The translations under genes and the position numbers were made by a program. A stretch of 63,979 bases of DNA, filler included, from Barthelona sp. PAP020 (taxonomy: Eukaryota): the NCBI GenBank assembly GCA_040182905.1. It is 4 parts of 4 records of this genome, joined end to end, with 100 filler letters (N's around TTAATTAATTAA, not from the genome) between each part and the next. Parts side by side here need not be neighbours in the genome. Positions count along the whole stretch, not along the records: positions 1 to 17,505 come from JARQWU010000240.1; positions 17,606 to 35,011 come from JARQWU010000241.1; 2 more parts are not named here. One strand, written 5' to 3'. The notes below the pieces were generated by a model. The model worked only from the letters and a program-made list of their open reading frames with translations. It was not told the origin of the DNA and did no database searches. This document shows positions 9,861-21,051 of this stretch, piece by piece (positions within the stretch are counted from its first letter, which is position 1; each line of letters opens with the position of its first letter).

Positions 9861-12527
9861 ATGAATTTTGACGCTAGTTTTTTAGATGACGTTAATTTAA
9901 TACGGGTTTTACTTGAAATTGTTGAAAAACAAAATTCAATTCAACTTCAATTAAAGAATGATTTAACCAAATTGATATCCGATTCTCATCAAGTGAAAAC
10001 TTTGAATTCTTTATTGAAATCAAAAAATCGGAATAATATGGAAGAAGAAACTGTTCACATTGATCCACAATTATTAAAAAGCTTACCTGTTGAATTTAAA
10101 AAATTATTAATGTCAAATTCAGATGGTAACACACAAACTCAAATGGCTATTAGTTTTCCAGAACATATCAGAGAAATTCAAAGAAATGCTGCTCATAATG
10201 CTGAAAGAATGAAGGCTCAAGAAGTTAAACTTCAAACTTTGACTTGGATATACAGTTCTTTATTTGCAAATAGTTTGGTAAATGCACGAATTAAATCAGG
10301 AAGATTTAATTTGAAAAGGGTCAACCGAAAATTAAAAATTGATGAAAAAATTGAATCAAAAGTGCAAGATTTAAAGATGCATCGAAATATAATTCAACTG
10401 AATATTCATCACAGTGAACGTTTAAACAAAGAAACAAAACAACGAAGGGAAACTATCATTAATACGATGCGTGGCACCCCATTATCCAAAATTTTGCCCA
10501 ATGAAAAAGAAAATTTGAGTTATAACGAAAGTTCAATGGTTCCCATGACCCCTATTCTTGATGATCCTGATGATAGTAGATATGAGTCATTGAATCAGGC
10601 AAATGAAATTGAAAATAAAGACCAAGATGTTTTTGAAATCAAACATCTGAATTCAGAGCAAAAATTGTTAGACATGAACAAAACACCAACTAAACACAGA
10701 TCTCCATTGAGTGCTTTAAGCAATTTATCTGAGCCTATGAGTCATTTAAATACGCCTTCATCTGTGGAAGGTTCTTTCAAATTTAGAAAGACACCTAATT
10801 CTACATTTCAAACTCAATCATCACGTGCCATGTCTGTATTATCCATGTATATGACTCCAAAAAGTGATTCATTGTCTCATCAAAATAACCGTACAAATAG
10901 CTCAAGATTGAGTAGGCCTCGATCCGAAATGACAATTTCCGATCTTAAACAAGCCAAAAATGTCGTAGAAAAATCTCAAACACCGATTTCCATGTCGATT
11001 AATAGAGTATATGATTCGCCTTTGATAAAGAACTCAGTTAATATTAAACTTACAGCAAATAGTCTAAATATGGAAGAATCAGTAAAAAAAATTCAGAATT
11101 GGTGGCGTGGTGTTCATTATAGGAAACTGTATAAGGCTAATAAGCGAAACATTCGACGAATATTAAAATATTTTATTATTTATTGCGTTGAAAATGATAT
11201 ACCATTGGATTGTTTAAAAACATCTCATTTGAAAGAGAACAATGATGAAATGCTCAATGTTCCCGAATTAATCCGTCCCAAAGATGAAATTATTGACATT
11301 TCTGCCGAAGAATGCATAATTGATGATGATGAGTATTTAAAAAGATCTAAATGTTTAAATTACGATTTTGATCACAAAATTCGTGCAATTTTAGATGAAG
11401 ACATCAATATCAAAGAAAAAACTATTGAGGAAAAGATTAATATGCCTCACTTGAATAATTATGATTCCTTGAGTTATCCATTAAATTGGAATCAAGGTGT
11501 TGTCCCATTAACTTTGGAAAATATTCCGGCATTTCGCTTATTAGCAATTTGGATAAGGGAACCATTGACTTGTCCACATAAATTATTGAAATTTCCTACA
11601 TTAGATATACAATTGGAAGAATTAGATTTACCACTTGGATTTAACAAACAGATAACCTTGATTCCTTCCGAACATACACCTTTGTCTCTTGAAACAAGAT
11701 TGAAGATAGCTCAACATTTGATTGATTCTAACTGGGAGGATGATATTACCAAAGTTTTAAATACATTTATTGAACCTTTACACATAAGCAGCAAAGAAGA
11801 TCAACTTAAAGTCATGTCAAACATTTCTATTTTTCTTCCTTCACAAAGAACATTCACAAAAAATGCTGCAGGATCATCTAATAAACCAAACCATATTATT
11901 GACCATCGTGTTAATTCTCAAATTCATGATTCTTCAAGGTCTGGTTATTCTTCAAATAAATCACGAATTAAAGAAAAGAAAAAGCTCTCATTAATCGAAA
12001 GAAATCACAACATCTGTCGAGATTTTAACCTTAGTCCAATTTTAGAATTTGGTGATCCTATGTTGTACAATAATTATCCATCTACTTGGAAGGATAATTT
12101 TCCATGTTTTAAAACGGGAAGAGAAGCATATAACAGAATGATAAAACAATTGGATACGATTGCTACTGCTTTGAGAAAAGTTGCAAAGGAAAATAGAGCA
12201 ATGAGAGACAATCCAAATCAACAAGTTGTATTGGCTCAATCTATTGACAATCATTTAGGCACTCATTTATTTCAAATGTTTCAAGATCAAAGAAATCAAT
12301 CCAAAAATGAAGAAAAAACTTATTCAAAAAGTGTAAATCCTTTGAATAGGAAAAAAATTAAACAGAATACTAAAACTGTTCAAAGGAATTTTTTAATTGG
12401 AAAATCAAGAACTGCGACTGAGGAATTTGTTTTACAGGCAAGAAATGCAGAGTATCAAGCCTTTGTACCACAAAATTTACCTGAAATAGAACAAAAAATT
12501 ATCAATCAATTAAAACAGCAGCAGTGA
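9861..12527 (+). CDS. IQ-motif-containing hypothetical protein
   Basis: 888-aa ORF; IQNWWRGVHYRK IQ motif; N-terminal coiled coil. Confidence 0.75.
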   Translation: MNFDASFLDDVNLIRVLLEIVEKQNSIQLQLKNDLTKLISDSHQVKTLNSLLKSKNRNNMEEETVHIDPQLLKSLPVEFKKLLMSNSDGNTQTQMAISFPEHIREIQRNAAHNAERMKAQEVKLQTLTWIYSSLFANSLVNARIKSGRFNLKRVNRKLKIDEKIESKVQDLKMHRNIIQLNIHHSERLNKETKQRRETIINTMRGTPLSKILPNEKENLSYNESSMVPMTPILDDPDDSRYESLNQANEIENKDQDVFEIKHLNSEQKLLDMNKTPTKHRSPLSALSNLSEPMSHLNTPSSVEGSFKFRKTPNSTFQTQSSRAMSVLSMYMTPKSDSLSHQNNRTNSSRLSRPRSEMTISDLKQAKNVVEKSQTPISMSINRVYDSPLIKNSVNIKLTANSLNMEESVKKIQNWWRGVHYRKLYKANKRNIRRILKYFIIYCVENDIPLDCLKTSHLKENNDEMLNVPELIRPKDEIIDISAEECIIDDDEYLKRSKCLNYDFDHKIRAILDEDINIKEKTIEEKINMPHLNNYDSLSYPLNWNQGVVPLTLENIPAFRLLAIWIREPLTCPHKLLKFPTLDIQLEELDLPLGFNKQITLIPSEHTPLSLETRLKIAQHLIDSNWEDDITKVLNTFIEPLHISSKEDQLKVMSNISIFLPSQRTFTKNAAGSSNKPNHIIDHRVNSQIHDSSRSGYSSNKSRIKEKKKLSLIERNHNICRDFNLSPILEFGDPMLYNNYPSTWKDNFPCFKTGREAYNRMIKQLDTIATALRKVAKENRAMRDNPNQQVVLAQSIDNHLGTHLFQMFQDQRNQSKNEEKTYSKSVNPLNRKKIKQNTKTVQRNFLIGKSRTATEEFVLQARNAEYQAFVPQNLPEIEQKIINQLKQQQ

Positions 12528-12796
12528 TAACAATAAAAACTGATAATAATTGAACAAAAATGTAAAAAAGATTTGTATTTGTCCTAAATTAGTTTCCCTT
12601 TGTTTTGTTTGCTATAAATTTTCTTGATTGTTCTTTACCTTTTTTTAATGTGGTTTTCAACCTCTTTGGAACACATTCTGTCAATATTTAGCTGATAAAA
12701 GATAAAATCATATGACTAACTCATGTAAAACTCTCTTCATTTATGTTGTTTTTTCCAACAATTTTTCTATTTTAGCCTTTTTTTTTTCCTAAAATA

Positions 12797-13936
12797 ATGA
12801 TATTATCACGAAATTTTATATATATATTTGTAATATCAACAATTGTTTTATCAAATGTTGTGTTTTGTGGTCGCGATTTTTATAATATTTTAGGAGTCAC
12901 TCGTTCTGCCTCTAAGAAACAAATTCGCAGAGCATACAGAGAATTATCGTTAAAATATCATCCAGATAAAAATCCAGGTGACAAAGCAGCTGAAGAAAAG
13001 TTTATGGACATTGCAGCTGCTTATGAAGTTCTATCAGATGAGGAAAAACGTGGGATTTATGATAAAGGAGGTGAAGAAGCTTTAAATGCACATAATCAAG
13101 GGCAACAAAGACCAACAAATCCTTTTGATATATTTTCTCATTTCACTGGTGGTGGATTTAATTTTAATTTTGGTGGCGCTCACCATTCAGGGGCACATGG
13201 TACTGGAGTTCAAAGGACTGCTGATATTACCATTCCATTTACTGTCACTTTGGACGAATTATATTCTGGTAAAGCTGTTGAGTTAAATGTGCGAAGAGAG
13301 GGTACTTGTTCAAAGTGTGGAGGAACTGGTGCAAAAACGAAGGATGATGTTACCAAGTGTCCTGTATGTAATGGCATGGGACATACAACAAAAATGAGGC
13401 AAATTGGATTGGGATTTGTTCAGAAAGTTCAAGAACCATGTAGTCATTGTCATGGAACAGGTAATGTGATAAAAAGAAAATGTCCTGTTTGTCATGGTAA
13501 AAAGGAACACAGTCATTATGATCGCTTGGTGATTGTTCTTGAAAGAGGAATGAAAAATGGAGATGAGATTGTTTTTGATGAAATGACTGATTATTCACCA
13601 AAGATGGCAGCTGGAAAATTGAAACTTTCTGTTGTTGAATTGGCACATGATAAATTTGTTCGCAATGATAATGACTTGAGAACTACGATGCATGTTTCTT
13701 TGAAAGAAGCTCTTGTAGGCTTTAGAAAAACAATTGTTCATCTTGATGGTCACCATGTCATTGTTTCTAGAAAGTCAGTTACAAAACCTTTGCAAGTTAT
13801 TCGTGTCAAGAATGAAGGGATGCCTTTAAAAAATATGCCATCTAATCACGGTGATCTGTTAGTTGAAGTTATTGTTGATTTCCCAGATCAAGTATCAGAA
13901 GAGCAGAAAGAGAAAATTGAACTGCTATTCAGATAG
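12797..13936 (+). CDS. ER-luminal class A DnaJ/Hsp40 (Scj1/ERdj3-like)
   Basis: Signal peptide, J domain with HPD, G/F region, four CxxCxG motifs, C-terminal substrate-binding domain. Confidence 0.92.
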   Translation: MILSRNFIYIFVISTIVLSNVVFCGRDFYNILGVTRSASKKQIRRAYRELSLKYHPDKNPGDKAAEEKFMDIAAAYEVLSDEEKRGIYDKGGEEALNAHNQGQQRPTNPFDIFSHFTGGGFNFNFGGAHHSGAHGTGVQRTADITIPFTVTLDELYSGKAVELNVRREGTCSKCGGTGAKTKDDVTKCPVCNGMGHTTKMRQIGLGFVQKVQEPCSHCHGTGNVIKRKCPVCHGKKEHSHYDRLVIVLERGMKNGDEIVFDEMTDYSPKMAAGKLKLSVVELAHDKFVRNDNDLRTTMHVSLKEALVGFRKTIVHLDGHHVIVSRKSVTKPLQVIRVKNEGMPLKNMPSNHGDLLVEVIVDFPDQVSEEQKEKIELLFR

Positions 13937-14346
13937 TGAAAACAACATAAATTTAGATTTTCAAGTTGTTTTTCTTGAGATTAGTTTTTTTTTGTTTCCA
14001 GTGACAAATAAAATCTTATTATTGGGTTAATTATTGGGTTAATTTTTTCTTCAGTTGAATTGATATGTTTTTGGATCAAAAATTAGAGAAATTTCAATTT
14101 ATTTTCCCAAAAGTAACTTTATTTCACTTCAAAGTGAAAAGAACTTTGATGTTTTTCTTCAATTAATTTATAAATGGGTAGCTTTTTTTTTGAAAAGAAG
14201 GAGTTTTTTTTTTAGCTTTTAAGCGAATTTTTTTCAGTTTTCTCAATGGCTAAAAATTGTAAATCATACAATTTTATTGAAGTTTTGTTGCTTTTATCAA
14301 AAAAAATGTTAAAAAAAATCTCTTCAAAATTACAATTTCTTTATTT

Positions 14347-15315
14347 ATGGATCCAGAAGCAAATTCCCAAAAAATGTGTCAGTCAGATACCACCAGTGAT
14401 TTACATCAAGATGATTGCTCATCATCAAATGATTCTAATGAGTTTACTCAAGAAATGAATGAAAAAACAAAATCTCACAATAATTTATTGGAATTTAATG
14501 ATCATGAAATAGTTGCTCGTGTATTTGCATGGGAAGAACAAGGAAATCCAAATTATATGGAAGATCGCTATATTTGTTACAAAGAATCCAATGAAGATTG
14601 TTACTTTGCCATTTACGATGGTCATGGAGGCAATCAAGTCTCTGAAATGGCAGTTAAGAAGTTACATAATTATGTATATGAATCTTTGAAAGAAGATAGA
14701 ACTTTCAGTGAAGCTATTTATTATAGTATTCCAGCTTTTGAGAATAAAGACTTAGAAAAACCAAATACTGATGTAAATAGATTTTTTGATGATGATAATG
14801 ACAATGAAGTTGAACATGCATATAGTTTTGTTGGTTCAACGGCTGTAATGGCTTATATGGATACAAAAGTACCGAATAAATTAACAGTTGCTAATGTTGG
14901 TGATTCTGATGCATTTTTATTGAGAAATGGAGAATTGCATAAGTTGACCAATCCTCATAACACCAGTGTTGAATCAGAGAAAAAAAGAGTTAAAGATCGT
15001 GGTGGTCGAATTATATTTTCACGAGTTCAAGGTATCTTAAAATTAACAAGAGCTTTGGGAGATTTCGGATTGAGACCATATATTGATGCAACACCTTATA
15101 TTTCAATCCAAACTCTTACTGATGAGGATTCAATGTTGATTTTGACGAGTGATGGTGTTACTGATGTTGTTCAACCCAAACAGATTAAAGAAGTTGTGGA
15201 AAACAACCCTGAAAACCCTGCCAGGGCATTGGTGACGGCTGCACTTAATGCAGGCAGTTGGGATAATTGTACTGCCATTGTAATTGAATTACGCAACAAA
15301 AAAATAGAAAGTTAA
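14347..15315 (+). CDS. Protein phosphatase 2C (PPM family)
   Basis: MEDR, IYDGHGG, ANVGDS, TRALGD, SDGVTD, GSWDN motifs. Confidence 0.95.
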   Translation: MDPEANSQKMCQSDTTSDLHQDDCSSSNDSNEFTQEMNEKTKSHNNLLEFNDHEIVARVFAWEEQGNPNYMEDRYICYKESNEDCYFAIYDGHGGNQVSEMAVKKLHNYVYESLKEDRTFSEAIYYSIPAFENKDLEKPNTDVNRFFDDDNDNEVEHAYSFVGSTAVMAYMDTKVPNKLTVANVGDSDAFLLRNGELHKLTNPHNTSVESEKKRVKDRGGRIIFSRVQGILKLTRALGDFGLRPYIDATPYISIQTLTDEDSMLILTSDGVTDVVQPKQIKEVVENNPENPARALVTAALNAGSWDNCTAIVIELRNKKIES

Positions 15316-15612
15316 AAAGCAGTTTAGAAACAGATAAATTTTTTGACATGGTTGTATGATTTTAATAAAAAGGTCAAATTTGTGGATAAAATTATTTTTT
15401 TCAATTTTTTTTTGTTCCCAATAATGTTTTCATGCAAAATAAAAATATCTTCTTTATATTCGATTATTAAAAGATAATCTTCAACATTTCAAGTTTCATG
15501 AAATACATTACCAGTGAAAAAATGAGGAAAAAAGAAAAGAAAAAGATATCTGAAACAACTTTCAAACCGTAATTTACAATTTTAAAATGTGTATTCAATG
15601 AAATCTCACATT

Positions 15613-17274
15613 TCAATTGATATTTTCATCAATTACAAAGGTGCTTTCATCATCTTCAAGAATCGGTTGCTTTTTTATTTCTTGAACATTTGGTTCATTA
15701 ATTTCACAATGATATGACAAAATGACACCATCATTTGAAATTTCTTTGTTTTTATCATTATTTTTTGGAATTTCTTGAACTTCAGAACTTTCCAAACTGT
15801 CAACATTTTCAGGCTTTTCCAAATTTTTTGTTCTTTTCTTGACTATTTTCATTGTCTTTTTGGTGCTAATATCTTCTGTATTTAATAAACCTTCATCAAC
15901 TGATTGACTTGCTTCATTATCATTGTTATTTTCTAAAGAGAGACTGCCAGTGAATTTTCCACGTAAACGTTCATTGCTACGACGATCAAATACTCTCGAA
16001 TCAGTTGATTTAGCTCCAAATACCAAATTATTAAATGGTATCATTGGTGCTTGCTTGATAACTTCTAAATATTCAGTTGTAACTTCATCAGAAACAAATT
16101 CACCAAAAACTTGGGGTTCTAAATCAAATTTTGAAATATATCCATCTCTAGCAGATATATACAACGTTAAACCATCATCTTCACGACGATACCATGAACA
16201 ATCTGTCAAAGGAAGACAATGTTGATAATAATTGACTGCTAATGGAAGCATTGTTTCTGTATCATATATACACACACCATCAAGTGAAACAACAGCCAAC
16301 AACGTGCGATATTGACCCTTTAAGAATTTATTTTCACATTCTCTGGAATGTAATAAATAAGGAAGGAACCTGCAACAAACAACATAAGAACGTCCTGCAG
16401 GTAGTATTGTGAGAAGTTCCATTCTTGCTCGACCAAATACATAAGCACACGTTGTGGGCATATTTTGTACTTCCAAAAAAGGTTTTTCTTTACCAAGATC
16501 AATTTCTGATCGTGGTAGTTGGGCCAAACCTCCGGCTGCAGCAAATAATGATCCATCAATTGACCAATCGCATCTGCGGTAGAATGATCGTCCAGCTGGC
16601 ATCCATTTTGCCAAAACCTCAGGAAGCGCAGGAATCTCGAGTTTCTTAAACCTCCTTGTGTCCTTATTTATAACTAAATCTCCATGTTTGTTGTTAGTCA
16701 ATTCAAAAACGGTAAAAAGAGGATCAGAACTTAAAATTGGTAAATATTTTAACAAAGGATCAAAAGAAACCCCTTGAATCATTTGTTTTCCAACATTTAC
16801 TTCCCACAACAAATTTTCATCAAATGGATCAAATATAAAACAGGTTGCATTCTCATTTCCAGCAATAATATACTTATCATCCTTTGACCAAGACAAATCA
16901 GTAACATCATCATTATTTGGGCAAGACAAATTAAATTTTCGAGACCAGTATTCAGAAACTCGAATTTCAAGTTTATCAATAGGAATTTCTTTGTCTAAAG
17001 ACTGTTCCCAAACAAATAATTCACCATTTCCACCACAAGATGCCAAATATTGACCAGAATAAGACCATCGAACACTATTTCCCACTTCTGTATGATGTTG
17101 AATGGTTTCAGCTACAAATTTAATTCCTAAACCACTCAATATTATTTCCCATATTCTGATTTGACCATCCAGACCAGTTGTCGCAATTCTTGGAAGTTTT
17201 GGATGAACATCGATTGAATTAATGGGCTTATGACCTTCAGTAAACGATAAGGGTACTATCTTACTGGTGATCAT
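15613..17274 (-). CDS. CHAF1B: Chromatin assembly factor 1 subunit B (p60/Cac2)-like WD40 protein
   Basis: PINSIDVH..RIATTGLDGQIRIW, MIQGVSFDP, SFYRRCDWSIDGS, LTDCSW, SARDGY; length favours CAF-1B over HIRA; ATG at 17274. Confidence 0.75.
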   Translation of the reverse strand: MITSKIVPLSFTEGHKPINSIDVHPKLPRIATTGLDGQIRIWEIILSGLGIKFVAETIQHHTEVGNSVRWSYSGQYLASCGGNGELFVWEQSLDKEIPIDKLEIRVSEYWSRKFNLSCPNNDDVTDLSWSKDDKYIIAGNENATCFIFDPFDENLLWEVNVGKQMIQGVSFDPLLKYLPILSSDPLFTVFELTNNKHGDLVINKDTRRFKKLEIPALPEVLAKWMPAGRSFYRRCDWSIDGSLFAAAGGLAQLPRSEIDLGKEKPFLEVQNMPTTCAYVFGRARMELLTILPAGRSYVVCCRFLPYLLHSRECENKFLKGQYRTLLAVVSLDGVCIYDTETMLPLAVNYYQHCLPLTDCSWYRREDDGLTLYISARDGYISKFDLEPQVFGEFVSDEVTTEYLEVIKQAPMIPFNNLVFGAKSTDSRVFDRRSNERLRGKFTGSLSLENNNDNEASQSVDEGLLNTEDISTKKTMKIVKKRTKNLEKPENVDSLESSEVQEIPKNNDKNKEISNDGVILSYHCEINEPNVQEIKKQPILEDDESTFVIDENIN

Positions 17275-17386
17275 ATGAAAATTGGTCAAAGAAATAAATT
17301 TGTTTCAGTTTGGAATTCGTTTCTTTCTTATAAAGTATATTTATATTCTTTTCTTCAAAATAACAATATTTCAAAGTGAAATTATG

Positions 17387-17505
17387 GGCGGTAAAAGAAA
17401 ACACTGAAGAGAGTTAATTGTGTATTAATTGGGTGAAGATGAACTATGATGAATTTGTAACACAGATTAAGGAGGAAAACGAGGATCTGAAGCTTCGCCA
17501 GCAAT
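17387..17505. repeat. Inverted copy of 3474-3592 at contig end
   Basis: Exact reverse complement running up to the gap. Confidence 0.95.
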
Positions 17506-17605
17506 NNNNNNNNNNNNNNNNNNNNNNNNNNNNNNNNNNNNNNNNNNNNTTAATTAATTAANNNNNNNNNNNNNNNNNNNNNNNNNNNNNNNNNNNNNNN
17601 NNNNN
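17506..17605. other. Artificial contig spacer
   Basis: N44-TTAATTAATTAA-N44 (stops in all six frames). Confidence 0.98.
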
Positions 17606-17724
17606 CAACGTAATGGGTCAACATAAAAAATAAAAGTCTTCAAATATTTATGAAAAAGAAACCATTCATTAATTTTTCATAAATATTTGAAGACTTTTAT
17701 TTTTTATGTTGACCCATTACGTTG
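17606..17724. repeat. Perfect 52-bp inverted repeat with 15-nt loop at contig start
   Basis: 17606-17657 is the reverse complement of 17673-17724. Confidence 0.95.
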
Positions 17725-18000
17725 GGTACACCATGGTTAGAAAATTTCGAGGAAAAAGATTCTGGGACGTTATCTGCCAAAAAAAGAAGAATGTGACCAC
17801 GAGGATTAAATTCAAAGCTTCTCAAAGTAAGAAGATCATGAGGTCACTTTCCCTTGTGTGTTTGAGATTGCTTTCTTAACCTTCCCACATTTGTTGAACT
17901 TTTCATGTGATGCTCCTTCCTGGTCTAATATCTTCTGCGTGGGTTATACATGTCTTATTTGTGAAAATGTCTGAAAAATCTTTACACTTCATTATTTTTC
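17673..18000. repeat. Degenerate dispersed repeat, copy 1 (copy 2 at ~34482-34805)
   Basis: Colinear shared blocks, e.g. tctggga.gttatctgcc, agaagaatgtga, aggattaaatt, ccacatttgtt, catgtc..atttgtgaaaatgt. Confidence 0.85.
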
Positions 18001-18018
18001 AACTAAACCTTTGAACCA

Positions 18019-19629
18019 TCATAAGAACCATTTTTTATACCACATAAATACAGAAAAGAAAAGAATTGAGATTCCCAATAGAATCATACAACAACTTGCA
18101 ATGCGAAGCTTTGGATATTTGTGAACATTTTTTTTTGACAATTTTAAAAATGTTAAAGGTGGTTGAATAAATGAAATAAAACAACCAATAACAGCACCCG
18201 CAAAACCAATGATGAAAGATACAGATTCAACTGTTAAACCAACAATCAAAGCAAATATAACAATAAAACCAGAAGTAACTCGCATGTATTTAATGTTTGT
18301 TCTATTTTGAACCGACATAAAATTCAAAATTACTGCTCTTGCACCATATCCAATGATTGGAAATGAGCAACACAGAACAAAAGTCATTGATATCCTTGAA
18401 ATGTATGTCAACAGACTGCCATCCTCAAAATTGGTCAGAATATTGTCTTTGGTTGAAATACCAAAAGAAAGGTAACCCAATGCAGATACAGTACCATAAA
18501 ACACAAAATTGATACTTATTGCTGAACCAATAACTTTATTCATCTTGGAAACGGACCTTCTACCTAATTCTCGGTAGAAGGTGTTGATGTTAATATGAGC
18601 AGAAAAAGCAAAAAGCATGATTGGAACTGCTTCAAAGAGCTCCATATTGAACTTAAACCAAACAAATGAGGTATTTGAAAAATGATCAGGAGTGAAGGCC
18701 TTTTGAAAGAATTGAATGAACACGGTAATAACAGTAGTGGCTATACCAACCAACGCAATAACTGAGCTAAATGCTAAAGCTTTCATATCTTTGAACATAG
18801 ACAAAGGAAACATCACAAGTAATACAAGAATTGATGTAAGAAATTGTTTAGAAAAATAAAAAGGCAGATTTGAAGTGTCACTAGCGAACAAATTAGCAAA
18901 CATTGGCATATATTCCCTAATAATAACAACATAGGCACTCATCAACAAGAACGAATAGAAAAATATCATAACACTAACAATATTTGTAATCTGAGGTCCA
19001 AAAGCTTTGTTGATAATCCTTTTGAAGGTAAATCTACTAGATAATTTTGAATTATATACAGATAAGATCAAAGTAAATGTGGAAATCAATGCCATAAAAA
19101 CCATTAAGATAAGCCCACTTATTAGACCACACAAATTCATCGCATACGGTAACAAAATCAATCCAGAACCGATCATGTTATTAGCCAAATTAACAGTAGT
19201 TGCTTTGACAGTGGCACCATTCGATTTAAGTTCAACAGAATATTTTCCATGATGGTGCGTATTTTCTAAATGATTTTCAGGTTGTCCTGCATCATAATCA
19301 ATATCATCTCCATAAACACTATTTCCAACACCGATTTTTATAGCAAAGCTAGGTAAACTGTTAAAACTCAGTTTTAACATTGAAAAAACATTTGAAAATG
19401 ATGATTCTGTTGTATGAGATTGATGTTCAAGTTTAATAACATCTCTGCTGGATTCTTTCAATTCAACGTCAAGTCTTTCATTAAGTGTAGATTTATCCAT
19501 CAAAGACAAACTTTTTTGGTCATTCAATTGTGATGAAATATCACTCAAACTTCTACCACTGCTTGACTTTGTTGCAAATATATTGGCTTTTAATTTTGGA
19601 GTATCGTTTGTTTTTAAATGTTCATTCAT
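18019..19629 (-). CDS. Amino acid transporter (AAAP/SLC38-AVT family)
   Basis: NLANNMIGSGLILLPYAM, FAFSAH, GYLSFG, ~11 TM helices. Confidence 0.93.
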   Translation of the reverse strand: MNEHLKTNDTPKLKANIFATKSSSGRSLSDISSQLNDQKSLSLMDKSTLNERLDVELKESSRDVIKLEHQSHTTESSFSNVFSMLKLSFNSLPSFAIKIGVGNSVYGDDIDYDAGQPENHLENTHHHGKYSVELKSNGATVKATTVNLANNMIGSGLILLPYAMNLCGLISGLILMVFMALISTFTLILSVYNSKLSSRFTFKRIINKAFGPQITNIVSVMIFFYSFLLMSAYVVIIREYMPMFANLFASDTSNLPFYFSKQFLTSILVLLVMFPLSMFKDMKALAFSSVIALVGIATTVITVFIQFFQKAFTPDHFSNTSFVWFKFNMELFEAVPIMLFAFSAHININTFYRELGRRSVSKMNKVIGSAISINFVFYGTVSALGYLSFGISTKDNILTNFEDGSLLTYISRISMTFVLCCSFPIIGYGARAVILNFMSVQNRTNIKYMRVTSGFIVIFALIVGLTVESVSFIIGFAGAVIGCFISFIQPPLTFLKLSKKNVHKYPKLRIASCCMILLGISILFFSVFMWYKKWFL

Positions 19630-20062
19630 CAGCTACAGTGTTTCACAACTCTAACATTGTTCATGATTCAATTAAAAGAGAGTTGAGAGATAGGAATTTT
19701 ATTGGAAGACATATGAACACAAAAATGCTCTTTCTTTGACTTTATCATGAAGGCAATTGATAAATAACAGGAGATTTACGACTTTTAAGTTTTTGTTTTT
19801 TTATTTCTTTTTGAGTTTTCACCAGATTTAATAAATTTGTTTATGACCACTATATTTCTTGTGTGATTACTTTGATAAAAATAGAATGCAGATGCTGCAT
19901 TTTTCTGTCACCAATCAACAAAATTGTTTTTTTATTTCTAAAAGTTTGGAAAATATTTGTTTGCCATATAACTTAACTTTCTATGAACAAATGGAAGAAT
20001 TAAAAAAAAAAAAATTGGGAAATTGACAATTCATTTTTTTGTGTGTTGAAACAGTTTTTGCA

Positions 20063-20943
20063 ATGAATGTATGTGTTTTTGATTTTATTCGAATGCTTCC
20101 TAAAGAAGCATTTTCTTTATTTTTTATTCTTTTATCAGTTTTCACTAATAGAATTAGTTCAAAGATTTGGATCGTAAAGACCTTTTTTATATGGCCAAAG
20201 CCTATGAAAACAATGAACGTTATCATGACATGGCCAAGTGCATGATTCATATTGTAAAATCCCTTGGGGACCATGAAGATCTTGACAATGAAGAACGTAA
20301 TCATTTGTCTGTCGCTTATAAGAATTTGATTGGTGATTGTCGTACTACTCATCGTTATTTTAAGATTTCTGTTGAACGTGAACAAGAACGTGTAAACGCT
20401 GTTAATTCAAGTTCAAATCATATTCATGTTTTAAGCATGGCTAAAAATGCAATTGGTGATGAATTAGTAACTGTTGCTAAGGAATTACTTGATCTTTTAG
20501 ACAATTATTTAATTCCAAAAGCCAAAGAGGACGAGTCTACTGTTTTTTATGAAAAACTTAAAGGTGATTACAACCGTTATATTGCTGAGACAATGCCTCA
20601 TGATTCTGCTGAACGTAATGAATATGCTCAAAAAGCTCTTACTGCTTACACTGATGCTACTGTCATTGCACAAGAAAAACTTGCCCCTACTAACTCTACT
20701 CGTTTAGGTTTAGCTCTTAATTTTTCTGTTTTCTACTTTGAAATTTTGGAATTACGTGCTAATGCATATGAACATGCCAGAAATGCATTCAATCAAGCTA
20801 TAACTGCTTATGAAGATGTTGAAGATCAATCTTTGAAGGACGCTTGTCTCATTTTGGAATTACTCAAGTCTAATCTTACATTATGGGCTCAAGATGTCAA
20901 TACTAATGACATTTCTGATGAACAACAAGCTGATGAACAATAA
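20063..20943 (+). CDS. 14-3-3 protein (exons 20063-20068 and 20158-20943; 263 aa)
   Basis: ERNHLSVAYKN, KGDYNRYIAE, RLGLALNFSVFYFEI, NLTLW; ATG supplied by a 2-codon first exon. Confidence 0.95.
20069..20157 (+). other. 89-nt spliceosomal intron
   Basis: GTATGT donor; CACTAATAGAATTAG branch point plus acceptor; phase-0 removal gives MNFKDLDRKDLFYMAK. Confidence 0.85.
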
Positions 20944-21051
20944 TTTAAATTTTTATTTATTTATTTTTATGCGTTTGACATATAAAGTAGAAGTTAAAAA
21001 GTTCTTTTGTTGTGCTTGTAAAGTTTAATTTTTTTTTATTTTTTCAAAGAA

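Noticed and set aside
20167..20169. TTG/GTG start codons given by the ORF track
   Set aside because: Each is explained by a nearby in-frame ATG or an upstream exon.
20320..20582. 14-3-3 as a non-binding pseudo-isoform
   Set aside because: Although divergent, the phosphate-binding Lys, Arg, Arg and Tyr equivalents are present.
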